DNA of 64,000 bases from an uncultured delta proteobacterium (GCA_963776085.1 CAVZMS010000124.1:2488-66487); one strand, 5' to 3'; positions 20,084 through 29,178 are shown, counted from the stretch's first letter. The notes: generated by a model not told the origin, from the sequence alone. Made by a program: numbers and translations.

Positions 20084-20842
20084 GTGCATATGGAAAAATT
20101 GTCAACCAAGCTCATCGCGAACCTCGATGTAACTACTATACGGTTCCAGACCGAAATCCTTAATCGCCTCAAGTTATTCGATTTTTCTAAATCGGCCATT
20201 CTTCACTATTCCGAATCGCAGGAAAAGGAATTCCAAGGCTATTCCTTTGAACAACTTCAAAGCCGGTTTAAGTTGGTAGGCTTTAAAGAAGGCAGTAAAC
20301 TTAAAAGTATTAAATATAAGGACATGGTCACTGTTGGGAACTCCTACATAAAAGGCGAACTTTCTGACTTGATTTTCGTCCTAAATATGGCAACCTTTGA
20401 GCACTGGCTTTTGTGGGTACTCAAAACCCTCATTCTATCTAATCCACGGGAATTTTACCCTAAGAGCAATAAACAGGTTGAGGTGACTTATCTCAAGAAA
20501 TTTGATGAAATGCCCATGCTCTGGGAAGAGCTTGTTTCTGATTATCTCAGTACCTTGCCATATCAAGGAATGAAGATTCTTCTGAAGACGTTCTTGAGTT
20601 GCTTCAGGCTCAAGGAAAGTGATTTCACCAAGAATTTATTGGGGATAATTAACGAAAACAGCCAATGCAGGAACGTCATTATGCATAACCAGAAGAAGGT
20701 AAATGCCGCATATACCAAGAAATGCGGGAGATTTGGAAAGTTTACTGAAGGGGAACATATAGTGGTTACTGAGGAATTACTATTTGACCAAGCAGATAAC
20801 CTTTTACGATTCATGCAAGATTTTCGTAATAATCATGCATGA
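20084..20842 (+). CDS. hypothetical protein with a C-terminal Rx4H (HEPN-like) motif, coupled to the DGQHR gene
   Basis: 252-aa ORF that starts (GTG 20084 or ATG 20090) directly after the DGQHR stop. The motif is QCRNVIMHNQKKV. The HEPN assignment is inference. Confidence 0.55.
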   Translation: MHMEKLSTKLIANLDVTTIRFQTEILNRLKLFDFSKSAILHYSESQEKEFQGYSFEQLQSRFKLVGFKEGSKLKSIKYKDMVTVGNSYIKGELSDLIFVLNMATFEHWLLWVLKTLILSNPREFYPKSNKQVEVTYLKKFDEMPMLWEELVSDYLSTLPYQGMKILLKTFLSCFRLKESDFTKNLLGIINENSQCRNVIMHNQKKVNAAYTKKCGRFGKFTEGEHIVVTEELLFDQADNLLRFMQDFRNNHA

Positions 20843-20896
20843 CAAGAAACCCTATAACAAGTTCTAGCCATGCCGGCATGGAGAAGGGAGACAAGG

Positions 20897-21679
20897 ATGG
20901 GTTTACTGCACGAAATCCAAACATCTGTAGTACAGGAGGGCGCGCATCTCGGCTCAGTTCTCCTCAAGCTACAATTGCTGGCTGCGAGACTTGGGAGTGA
21001 ACCCTTGGAGGAGTGGATCAAATACGAGTCCGAGGGTTATCCACGCGATGCTGAGATTCCGTCCTATCGTGTAGTCGCGGTTTCCTATAGAGGCACGTTC
21101 TCCGGTCCATTCGGCTCCGGAATTAGGGACGCCCAGATTCCCGGCTACTTAGTCGAGAAGATTGCCGGTAAGCAGTGGACAAAGCACGAGATCCGGGACG
21201 GCATTGCTGCGATCGACGAGCTCGTAAGGAGCTCTGCTGAAGGAGATGGAACACTCGGAATCGATGCGTCAAATCTAATCCTGCTACTGCAAGGGAAGGT
21301 CTACGCAGACTATGCGTGCAACGATGTTCAGGGCACCATTTCTAGGGCGGCCTTGACTGAACTTCAGTACGCAGTTCGCAGCCGTATCCTCGAACTTACG
21401 CTTGAACTCGAGAGATCTATTCCGGCAGCTACAGAGATTACCTTTGGTAGTCCCGCGTCATCCGAGAAGTTCAATTCCGAGAAGGTCAATCAGATATCCC
21501 AGCAGATTATCTACGGAAACGTCACGACGATTTCGAGTAGCGGAGCAGGCTCTCAGATAAACGTTTCCCTCGGTGAGCGAGACGATAAAGCGTTCATCGA
21601 ATACCTCGTCAAAGCTGGAATTCCCAAAGGTGATGCTTCAGAACTAGCTAAAATCGTTGCGGCTGAAGAGCCAGAGTAG
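20897..21679 (+). CDS. AbiTii-like abortive-infection family protein
   Basis: The N-terminus MGLLHEIQTSVVQEGAHLGSVLLKLQLLAARLGSEPLEEWIKYESEGYPRDAEIPSYR matches the AbiTii N-terminal pattern as I remember it. The gene is visibly GC-richer than its neighbours. A further 47 codons continue in the +1 frame to 21821. Confidence 0.6.
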   Translation: MGLLHEIQTSVVQEGAHLGSVLLKLQLLAARLGSEPLEEWIKYESEGYPRDAEIPSYRVVAVSYRGTFSGPFGSGIRDAQIPGYLVEKIAGKQWTKHEIRDGIAAIDELVRSSAEGDGTLGIDASNLILLLQGKVYADYACNDVQGTISRAALTELQYAVRSRILELTLELERSIPAATEITFGSPASSEKFNSEKVNQISQQIIYGNVTTISSSGAGSQINVSLGERDDKAFIEYLVKAGIPKGDASELAKIVAAEEPE

Positions 21680-21879
21680 TACTCATGAACCTCTTGGAGC
21701 GAAAGCCAAGGCGTGGCTAGTAAAGAATATTCGAAAGGCAGCGGATGGTACGTGGAAAATCGGTGTATCTGTCGCCACTAAAGTGTTGACAGAAGCGGCA
21801 CTAAAGTTACTACGGGCTTAAGTAATTCTATGCAGTCTCAGGTCAAGGACGATTATATCAGCCTCCGAAGGAACGTGCT

Positions 21880-21946
21880 GCATAACAACCGCATCCACAC
21901 CGATGCGTGTAGCAGCGGCACGCGCGGGTGATACGGGACGTTAGAC
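21880..21946 (+). other. attC-like recombination site (best candidate)
   Basis: GCATAAC (21880-21886) ... GTTAGAC (21940-21946, fits GTTRRRY). The arms TAAC-AA-CCG-C-ATC and GAT-A-CGG-GAC-GTTA pair with a 1-nt offset (an extrahelical base). The length is 67 nt. Confidence 0.5.
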
Positions 21947-21992
21947 GCAATATTCATTTGGGATGGCATAACTAGAAAATCGGAGGAATTTA

Positions 21993-22697
21993 ATGGCAAA
22001 CTCATTCTTGTACAAAAATTCAATTCGACTATTCTTATATCAGCATAAAACAGCTATCACAGCGATTGCTACAGCTATAGGAGCTTTCGCTCTTGGTATA
22101 TTCTTTAAACTTACTTCGGAGGCACCTATATGGGAGATAACAATCAGTCTTGGCATATTTGCCTTCTGTACTGCGCTGACAGTATTCGTGAGCATATCAC
22201 CAGAGTATTATGAAAAAATAAGATATGCTGAGAGTTTCCTTCCGGCACTTTTCGACGTTCTTGGTTTAGATAAATCTGCACGCATTACTATTCACCGCAT
22301 GCTTAGTAAAAAACGTCAGACATACGAGCAGGTAACCGATTACTTTCCGACACGGACAGGTAAGGGACGCCATTTCGATTTCACAAGGGGGATTACTGGT
22401 CAAGCTTTTCGTACAAGGATCTCTCATGTTTACAGTATTCCTACAGGCACATTGCTAGCAGAAGATTACAAGCATCGTTGGCCATTTACCGACGATGAGA
22501 TCTCTCGCATTACACAGGACCGTCGTTCATATTACGCTTATCCGATAGGTCAAGACGGTTCCTTCGCTCTCGCTGTCCTGTACATGGATTCGGCAGATCA
22601 AACGATGTTCTCTGCAGAGAAGAAAGTGGAGTTAGACAGTAAAATGGAAAAACTCTTTCTTCCAACACTTGAAGAACTTCTTGGCATTAAGAGATAA
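21993..22697 (+). CDS. two-TM membrane protein with a C-terminal GAF-like domain
   Basis: Intact 234-aa ORF with ggagg upstream. Two hydrophobic helices occupy the first ~70 aa. These are followed by ...GITGQAFRTR...YYAYPIG.DGSFALAVLYMDS, which resembles a GAF fold (inference). Confidence 0.5.
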   Translation: MANSFLYKNSIRLFLYQHKTAITAIATAIGAFALGIFFKLTSEAPIWEITISLGIFAFCTALTVFVSISPEYYEKIRYAESFLPALFDVLGLDKSARITIHRMLSKKRQTYEQVTDYFPTRTGKGRHFDFTRGITGQAFRTRISHVYSIPTGTLLAEDYKHRWPFTDDEISRITQDRRSYYAYPIGQDGSFALAVLYMDSADQTMFSAEKKVELDSKMEKLFLPTLEELLGIKR

Positions 22698-22701
22698 ATG
22701 A

Positions 22702-22750
22702 GCCTAACCAGCGGCTCAATACAGACGCGGCTACGTCACGCCGGTTAGCC
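22702..22750 (+). other. short attC-like hairpin
   Basis: GCCTAAC (22702-22708, fits RYYYAAC) ... GTTAGCC (22744-22750). CTAACC-A-GCG pairs with CGCCGGTTAG with one bulged A. At 49 nt it is shorter than typical attC sites. Confidence 0.4.
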
Positions 22751-22790
22751 ATCTCGTTATGTTTCGTACAACTCCTAATCTTCAAATGTT

Positions 22791-23351
22791 ATGAAAAACA
22801 TACCAAACATATTAAGCGTTCTAAGGATAATTATTGCACCCTTCTTATTATATTTGGCTTGGAATGGGCACAAGTACCTTTTTATAGCTTTTCTGATCGT
22901 ATCATTATTATCAGATGCGATTGACGGTTTTATTGCCAGAAAATTCGAAGCGTCAACTAAAACAGGTGCAAAGTTGGATAGTTTAGGAGATATGGCTACC
23001 TATTTAGCTGTACCGTTTTGTGCCTGGTGGTTATGGCCTCAAATCTTAAAAAAAGAAGCACCATATGTCTTAACAGCGGTTGGGGCATATATTATCCCGT
23101 TGGCTGCCGGCATTCTAAAATTTCATAAGGTCCCAAGCTATCACACTTTTAGTGCAAAAATTGCTGCAGTAATCATGGGTATAGCCATGCTATTTTTATT
23201 TATAGCCGAATTCACATTATTTTTTAAATTTGCGGCAATATTTCAAGCAATTGTAGCTCTTGAAGAAGTCTTAATCACAATTCAATTACCTGAGTTAAGA
23301 AGTGATGTTAAATCAATCTGGCACGTAAATAATGAATTCGGCGGTCCCTGA
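22791..23351 (+). CDS. CDP-alcohol phosphatidyltransferase family protein
   Basis: Intact 186-aa ORF with DAIDGFIARKFEASTKTGAKLDSLGD, which matches the D-x2-DG-x2-AR...G-x3-D-x3-D signature. It is multi-TM and AT-rich. Confidence 0.85.
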   Translation: MKNIPNILSVLRIIIAPFLLYLAWNGHKYLFIAFLIVSLLSDAIDGFIARKFEASTKTGAKLDSLGDMATYLAVPFCAWWLWPQILKKEAPYVLTAVGAYIIPLAAGILKFHKVPSYHTFSAKIAAVIMGIAMLFLFIAEFTLFFKFAAIFQAIVALEEVLITIQLPELRSDVKSIWHVNNEFGGP

Positions 23352-23583
23352 GCTTTCCGTTAGTGGAGATATACTCTTTCTTACCACTGCCCATCCGTTT
23401 TGTCATTGGGGAGCCATTCGGGGTCGGGCGCTGACATTTACAAAGAGGAACGAAAAAAATTAGGACATCATGTCTCTCATCAGAAGCTTCATCCCCTCTT
23501 TTTCCTTTAAGGCGCTAATTTTTGTTGATTTTTTCTCTCCTATCTGATTATCTATTAAACCTGATAACACCTTCAAATATTTC

Positions 23584-23610
23584 CTGGATTCCGGCTTCCG
23601 CCGGAATGAC
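23584..23610. repeat. hairpin repeat identical to 10180-10206
   Basis: CTGGATTCCGGCTTCCGCCGGAATGAC is the same 27-mer as at 10180-10206. A REP-like stretch follows to about 23700. ORF 23522-23713 is an artefact. Confidence 0.85.
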
Positions 23611-23794
23611 GATTCGCGGCAAGACTTCGGCGAACCCTTCGGTATTGAGTTCAGGGCCGAAATGCTCAGTCGAGTCGCCGCAGGCTATCAAGAATTCAGG
23701 AGCTTGGAGTTAGAATAACAACGAGGGGGAATATTTTTAAAGACCCCCACCCGACCTCCCCCTAAAAGGAGGAGGAATTAATGGCGGTAATATA

Positions 23795-25084
23795 ATGATC
23801 AGCCGGTACACACGCCCTGAAATGGGGAGGATATGGGAGCTTAAGAATCGGTACGCCAAATGGCTTCAGGTTGAGATACTGGCGTGTGAAGCCATGGCAA
23901 AAGAGGGCCTTATTCCAAAGAAGGCATTGGTTAATATAAGAAAGGCCAGATTCTCGGAAGAACGCATCCTTGAGATAGAAGAGGTGACCAGGCATGATGT
24001 GATCGCCTTTTTAGAAAACGTGGCCGAATCTGTCGGGCCTGACTCCCGTTTCATCCATATGGGGCTGACCTCTTCGGACATCCTGGACACCGGCTTCGCG
24101 CTCCAGCTGAAAGAGGCCATGGAATTGATTATCAACGACGTCCATGAATTCATGGATACAATCAAGGCGAAGGCCAAGGAGTATAAATTTACCGCCATGA
24201 TAGGCCGGTCCCACGGAATCCATGCGGAACCCATCACCTTCGGTCTCAAGCTTGCCGTATGGTATTCTGAGATGGGAAGGAATCTAAAGAGATTGGAGCA
24301 GGCCCTGGAGACGATCAGCTACGGCAAACTATCCGGGGCGGTTGGTACCTTTGCCAATACATCCCCCAAGATTGAGGCCTATGTCTGCGAGAAACTGGGG
24401 CTGAAGCCCGCTGAAGCATCTACCCAGATAATACAGCGCGACCGGCACGCGCAATATTTTTCCACCCTGGCAGTAGTGGCCGGGACACTGGAAAAGATAG
24501 CCGTTGAGATACGGCACCTCCAGAGGACAGAGGTGCTTGAGGCTGAAGAGGCCTTTGAAAAGGGGCAAAAGGGATCTTCCGCCATGCCTCATAAGAAGAA
24601 TCCGATCGGGTCCGAAAACATTGCCGGCCTTGCACGTCTTGTGCGATCCAATTCCCTGGCTGCCATGGAAAATATGGCATTATGGCATGAGAGAGATATC
24701 AGTCACTCCTCTGTGGAAAGAGTAATTGGGCCTGACAGCACCATAATAATCGATTTCATGCTCCATCGACTTAATAGAATCATAAAAACCCTGGTGGTAT
24801 ATCCCAGGAGAATGGAAGAGAACCTTAATCTGTTAAAGGGTTTAATATTTTCACAGCAGGTGCTTATAAAACTCGCAGGTATGGGATTGAGTCGTCAGAC
24901 TGCGTATGAGATAGTGCAAAGAAATGCCCTGAAGGTCTGGGAAACAGGAAGTGATTTCAAGACACTCCTGCTGGAAGACCCGGACATAAGGGGATATCTT
25001 ACAAAGGAATCCATAGAAGAGATATTTAATCTGGACTATCATTTCAAGTATGTGGAAGAGATATTTGACAGAGTTTTTACATAA
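23795..25084 (+). CDS. purB: adenylosuccinate lyase
   Basis: Intact 429-aa ORF with MISRYTRPEM, GLTSSDILDT and the GSSAMPHKKNP signature. Confidence 0.95.
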   Translation: MISRYTRPEMGRIWELKNRYAKWLQVEILACEAMAKEGLIPKKALVNIRKARFSEERILEIEEVTRHDVIAFLENVAESVGPDSRFIHMGLTSSDILDTGFALQLKEAMELIINDVHEFMDTIKAKAKEYKFTAMIGRSHGIHAEPITFGLKLAVWYSEMGRNLKRLEQALETISYGKLSGAVGTFANTSPKIEAYVCEKLGLKPAEASTQIIQRDRHAQYFSTLAVVAGTLEKIAVEIRHLQRTEVLEAEEAFEKGQKGSSAMPHKKNPIGSENIAGLARLVRSNSLAAMENMALWHERDISHSSVERVIGPDSTIIIDFMLHRLNRIIKTLVVYPRRMEENLNLLKGLIFSQQVLIKLAGMGLSRQTAYEIVQRNALKVWETGSDFKTLLLEDPDIRGYLTKESIEEIFNLDYHFKYVEEIFDRVFT

Positions 25085-25088
25085 TGAG

Positions 25089-26650
25089 ATGCGGCTGAAT
25101 CGCAGGATTGGGAAATTAAAGAATCTTATTCAGATGATAAGGAGATTTAAGAATTCTCCTTTGTCCGGGATTATTCGGAGATATCCTCTATCTGTCCTGC
25201 TGTTTATCCTTATCCCGCTATTATCCATAGGGCCCGCCCATGCCGATAGCGTAAAACAGTCAAATCAATCAAGATCTTCCCACATTCTTATTGGAATGGC
25301 ACAGCGAGCCCGATTATGTGATCGCGGTAGATAAATCCCAGCAAAAGGTTATGGTATATCGTAGCGATAATCTTCTTGCCCCTGAAAAGGTATACACATG
25401 CTCCACCGGCGAAAACGACGGACCAAAAACCAAGAAGAATGACCGAAAGACCCCGGAGGGAATCTATTTTTTCACCAAGTCCTATATAAGCGAAACCCTT
25501 TCGCCTATTTACGGTTCAAGGGCCCTTCCCATTAATTATCCCAACTTAATCGATCAAATGGAGGGAAAAGAGGGTTACGGCATATGGTTTCACGGGACAA
25601 ATAAGCCCATCATACCCAATGACACTAACGGATGTATCAGCTTGGAAAACAAAGATATTGAAGAGCTGGCAACCTTTATCAAGGTATTTGAGACACCGAT
25701 AATTATTAGTTCCCGAATAGAGATGGCTTCACCCGCCGACATTGAAAAAGAAAAGGAGGAGATGACGGAGATAATTGAGAACTGGAGGACCGCCTGGCAA
25801 GATAGGGATATTGAGAGATACATGTCTTTATATAACCGTAGTTTTTCTTCCGGAGGAAAAAACTGGCGTGAGTGGAAGGAAAATAAATCCCAATTAGCAA
25901 ATAAATACGCTCAGATCACTGTGGAGGTAGATGATCTACGGCTCTTGTCTGCCGATGGTGTCGTCCTTGCCACGTTTAGACAGACTTATAGCACCCCGAA
26001 ATTTAAGACCTGGGGCACAAAAAGGCTTTATCTGACAAAAAACAGCGATGAATGGAAGATCCTCGTGGAAACCTTTGATCTTGATAAGATAGAAAAGATA
26101 ACAATGGCTTCCGCTGATCTTAAAAAGGTTGAAAAGCCTGCCGCCGAGCTTGCCAAGGCAGAAATGCCTGCCGCTACTACTGATATCAACAAGGTGGAAA
26201 TGCCTGCCGCCGAGCTTGCCAAAGTAGAAATGCCTGTTACTGATATCAGCAAGAGCAGAAATGCCTGCCACAGAGAAACAGGAGGCTTACAGTTTACAGG
26301 AGGTAGAAGATTTTATTTATTCGTGGAAAGATGCATGGGAAAAAGAAGAATTAGATAAGTACATTTTGTGTTATGATGCGAGCTTTAAATCCCGCGGGAT
26401 GGATCTGGCTGCATGGGAAGCACACAGGAAGTCCCTGAATGAAAAATACAGTTCCTTAACAATAGAGATCAATGATCTGAAGATAAAGCGCATTTCAGAT
26501 ACCAGCGCCAAGGTCACTTTCACACAGAACTACACGGCCGACAATTACAAAGACCTCGGCAATAAAGAACTGGTTCTTATTAAAACCGATCAAGGTTGGA
26601 AGATTACAAAAGAGGAATGGACTCCGATCAAAAAGAGACGGCACCCATAA
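25089..26650 (+). CDS. L,D-transpeptidase (YkuD domain) with two NTF2/SnoaL-like domains and a repeat linker (two frame shifts)
   Basis: The signal peptide lies in 25089-25334. The YkuD core lies in 25291-26358 (IWFHGTN...TNGCISL). It is followed by WRTAWQDRDIERYMSLY, (V/A)EMPAAELAK repeats (about 26128-26275), and a second domain in 26261-26650 (WKDAWEKEELDKYILCY). Confidence 0.8.
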
Positions 26651-26698
26651 AGGAAAGGCCCATTAATCCTAGAGAATTGACCGTAATGGTTATGAGGA

Positions 26699-27421
26699 GT
26701 GTGGGGGAAATCTCGCTCCTTCAAGATATCTCGCCGGATCATTTTATGGACATCCCTGATATTTCTCGCATATATGCTTATATCTCTCTACGCCCTTAGC
26801 CACTTTTTCTATCTGCAAAACCGTTATAATACTCAGTCTGAAAAGTTTGAACAATTGAAAAAAGAACATGATGAAAACTTGAAAGCCCTAAATCTGACCA
26901 AAGAGTATGCGACAGGACTCGAAGAATACATAAAGAACATCGATAAACCAAAGAGAGAGGAAAACCACCCTGTTCAAAAAGAGGAAACAACTACTAAAAC
27001 CGTTGATGTAATTAAGGCGGATTCGGATAAAAAAGATGAGGTGAGGCAAAGGCCACAAAGGACTGTTGAGATAAAGGATGCCATTATTCATAAGGAGGGC
27101 TCCGGAATGAGTGTTGATTTTACACTTGTCAATACAATACCGGAAGAAAATGCCATAGAGGGTTATTTACATATCATCGCCATGGATGCAAAGAATGATT
27201 ACCCTCAGGAATGGGGCTATGCCCGTGATAAGATTAAAGACGGTTTTCCTGTCGATTTCCGATTGGGCCAATCCTTTTTTATCCAACGCTTTAAGTCGTA
27301 CCATCGTCAGTTTAATGTGAGTTCGAACTCCGGCTTACCCAAGGCCATAAGGGTGTTGGTGTACGACCGGTCCGGTGAGCTAATTCTGAAAAAAGAGTTC
27401 GAGGTCGACAATGCATCATGA
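26699..27421 (+). CDS. hypothetical membrane-anchored coiled-coil protein
   Basis: 240-aa ORF with an N-terminal TM (IILWTSLIFLAYMLISLYAL). The start is uncertain. A G5 run at 26702-26706 may hide a shift from the ATG at 26686. Confidence 0.5.
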   Translation: MWGKSRSFKISRRIILWTSLIFLAYMLISLYALSHFFYLQNRYNTQSEKFEQLKKEHDENLKALNLTKEYATGLEEYIKNIDKPKREENHPVQKEETTTKTVDVIKADSDKKDEVRQRPQRTVEIKDAIIHKEGSGMSVDFTLVNTIPEENAIEGYLHIIAMDAKNDYPQEWGYARDKIKDGFPVDFRLGQSFFIQRFKSYHRQFNVSSNSGLPKAIRVLVYDRSGELILKKEFEVDNAS

Positions 27422-29178
27422 ATTCATTTCATATAAAAATGCCTTTTCCTTTTTAACATATCTTGTCAGCCTGTTTCTATTGCTTTACCCGTCTCATGTA
27501 TTGTCCAAAACAGAACATCAGGTCTATTTCCCCAACACGGCCTATGAGCTGAATATATACAGGATATACGGGAAGAATCCCGGTAAGACGTTATTGCTTA
27601 TAGGAGGTATCCAGGGGAATGAGCCGGGAGGTTTTCTTTCCGCAGATCTTTATGCGGATATGAGCCTTGAAAAGGGCAACCTTATTGTCGTACCCAGGGC
27701 CAATTTCTATTCCATCATCACGAATCAAAGAGGATCCAACGGGGACATGAACAGAAAATTCACCCACGAGGACAACTCCTCCAGTATGGAAGATGAGATA
27801 GTCACCATCCTAAAGCAGCTTATAAGCGAGAGCGATTTTCTCTTAAATCTCCACGACGGTGCGGGATACTATTATCCCGAATATGTAGACAAGTGGCGAA
27901 ACCCATCTCTATTCGGGCAGTCCGTTATCGCTGATTGCGATAAGTTCCAGGTTCCCGGGACCGATAGAGTAATAGCATTAGGTGAAATGGCCCAACAGGT
28001 AATTGAAGAGGTCAATCAGGATATCAACAACGACCTCTATAAATTTCACTTCATGAACACCCGCACCGGAGAAGAGGACAGCGCTCATAAAGAACAGAGA
28101 AAATCAGCCACCTACTATGCCCTCACCGTTCACCACATCCCTGCATTCGGGGTGGAGACCTCAAAATTTCTTCCATCCACCGATCTAAAGGTATGGTTCC
28201 ATAATCTGGTGATTAACGCCTTTATGAAACGTTTCGGGATAATTCCCCAATCGCCCGGTCTTGAACTTGATACGCCCTCTCTAAAATACATTGTTGTTTC
28301 AATCAACGGGGAAACTCCTATAGTCATCAATAATAATGAGTCCATTCATATAGCCAAGGGCGATTCCATAAACATCTCCCACATCGAGGCCAATTACGAA
28401 AGGGGCCTTAGCCTTGATATACTCGATTACGGTGACCTGAATGATTACAAGAAGGATTTCAGGATCTTCAGGAATACATCCATGATCGTGAGAAAGGACA
28501 ATTATAAGTTCGGTGAAATTCCCATAAGAATCACCGAAAACGGAGATGCAGAACAAAAGAAGACGAGCAGTCCCGATAAAGTCGACTATTTTGTCATTGA
28601 AACAAAAGGACATCAGATGCTTCTGTCCAATGGGGAGACCTTTGAGGTGGTAAAGGGAGATAAGATGAAAATTATTGATGTGTTTCCTTCCTCCCTCTCC
28701 GGGATCGAGGTCAATTTCAAGGGATTTGTCGGAGACAAAAAAAACAATACAGGTGAGGACAGGGGTTATGAGATAGATACGGCCCAAGGATCTTATGAAG
28801 AGTTACTCAATAAACAAAGACGGGGAATATTACCCGATCATAGTATCCCGGAATAATAATGAGATCGGAAAAATAATCATAAAGCTTATCCCGCCTAAAA
28901 TGCACTACCTCGTACTTAACGTAAACGATAAAAGACACCTCCTATTGAGATCCGAAGATTCGATCTCCCTATCCCCCAAAGACAATATGTTCGTAGAGGA
29001 GATCTATACTAATCTTTACAGCCAATATGATATTCATCTAAACATCAACGGGCATAAAATTGGCCTTAATGAATTATGGGACCTGAAAGATCTGAGCACC
29101 TCTGCTCACAATCAGTTAAACATTCAACAAGGGTCCCTTATATTGGGAAAGATATTTATCGATATGGATCTTAATTAG
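27411..29178 (+). CDS. M14-like zinc carboxypeptidase of the AstE/AspA - Csd4/Pgp1 (M99) type (one frame shift)
   Basis: Fragment 27411-28856 has GGIQGNEPGG...VVPRANF...GDMNRKF. The C-terminal beta-rich part continues in 28795-29178. Confidence 0.7.

Larger units (their letters stand above)
15690..23720. mobile_element. accessory island / cassette-like array without a recombinase (possible attC cluster lacking an integrase)
   Basis: All genes are on the + strand. There are abrupt visible changes in base composition from module to module. The segment contains attC-like hairpins, gene remnants and REP-like fragments at both borders, and defence-type domains. It is flanked by core genes (the ATPase gene and purB). 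Confidence 0.6.
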
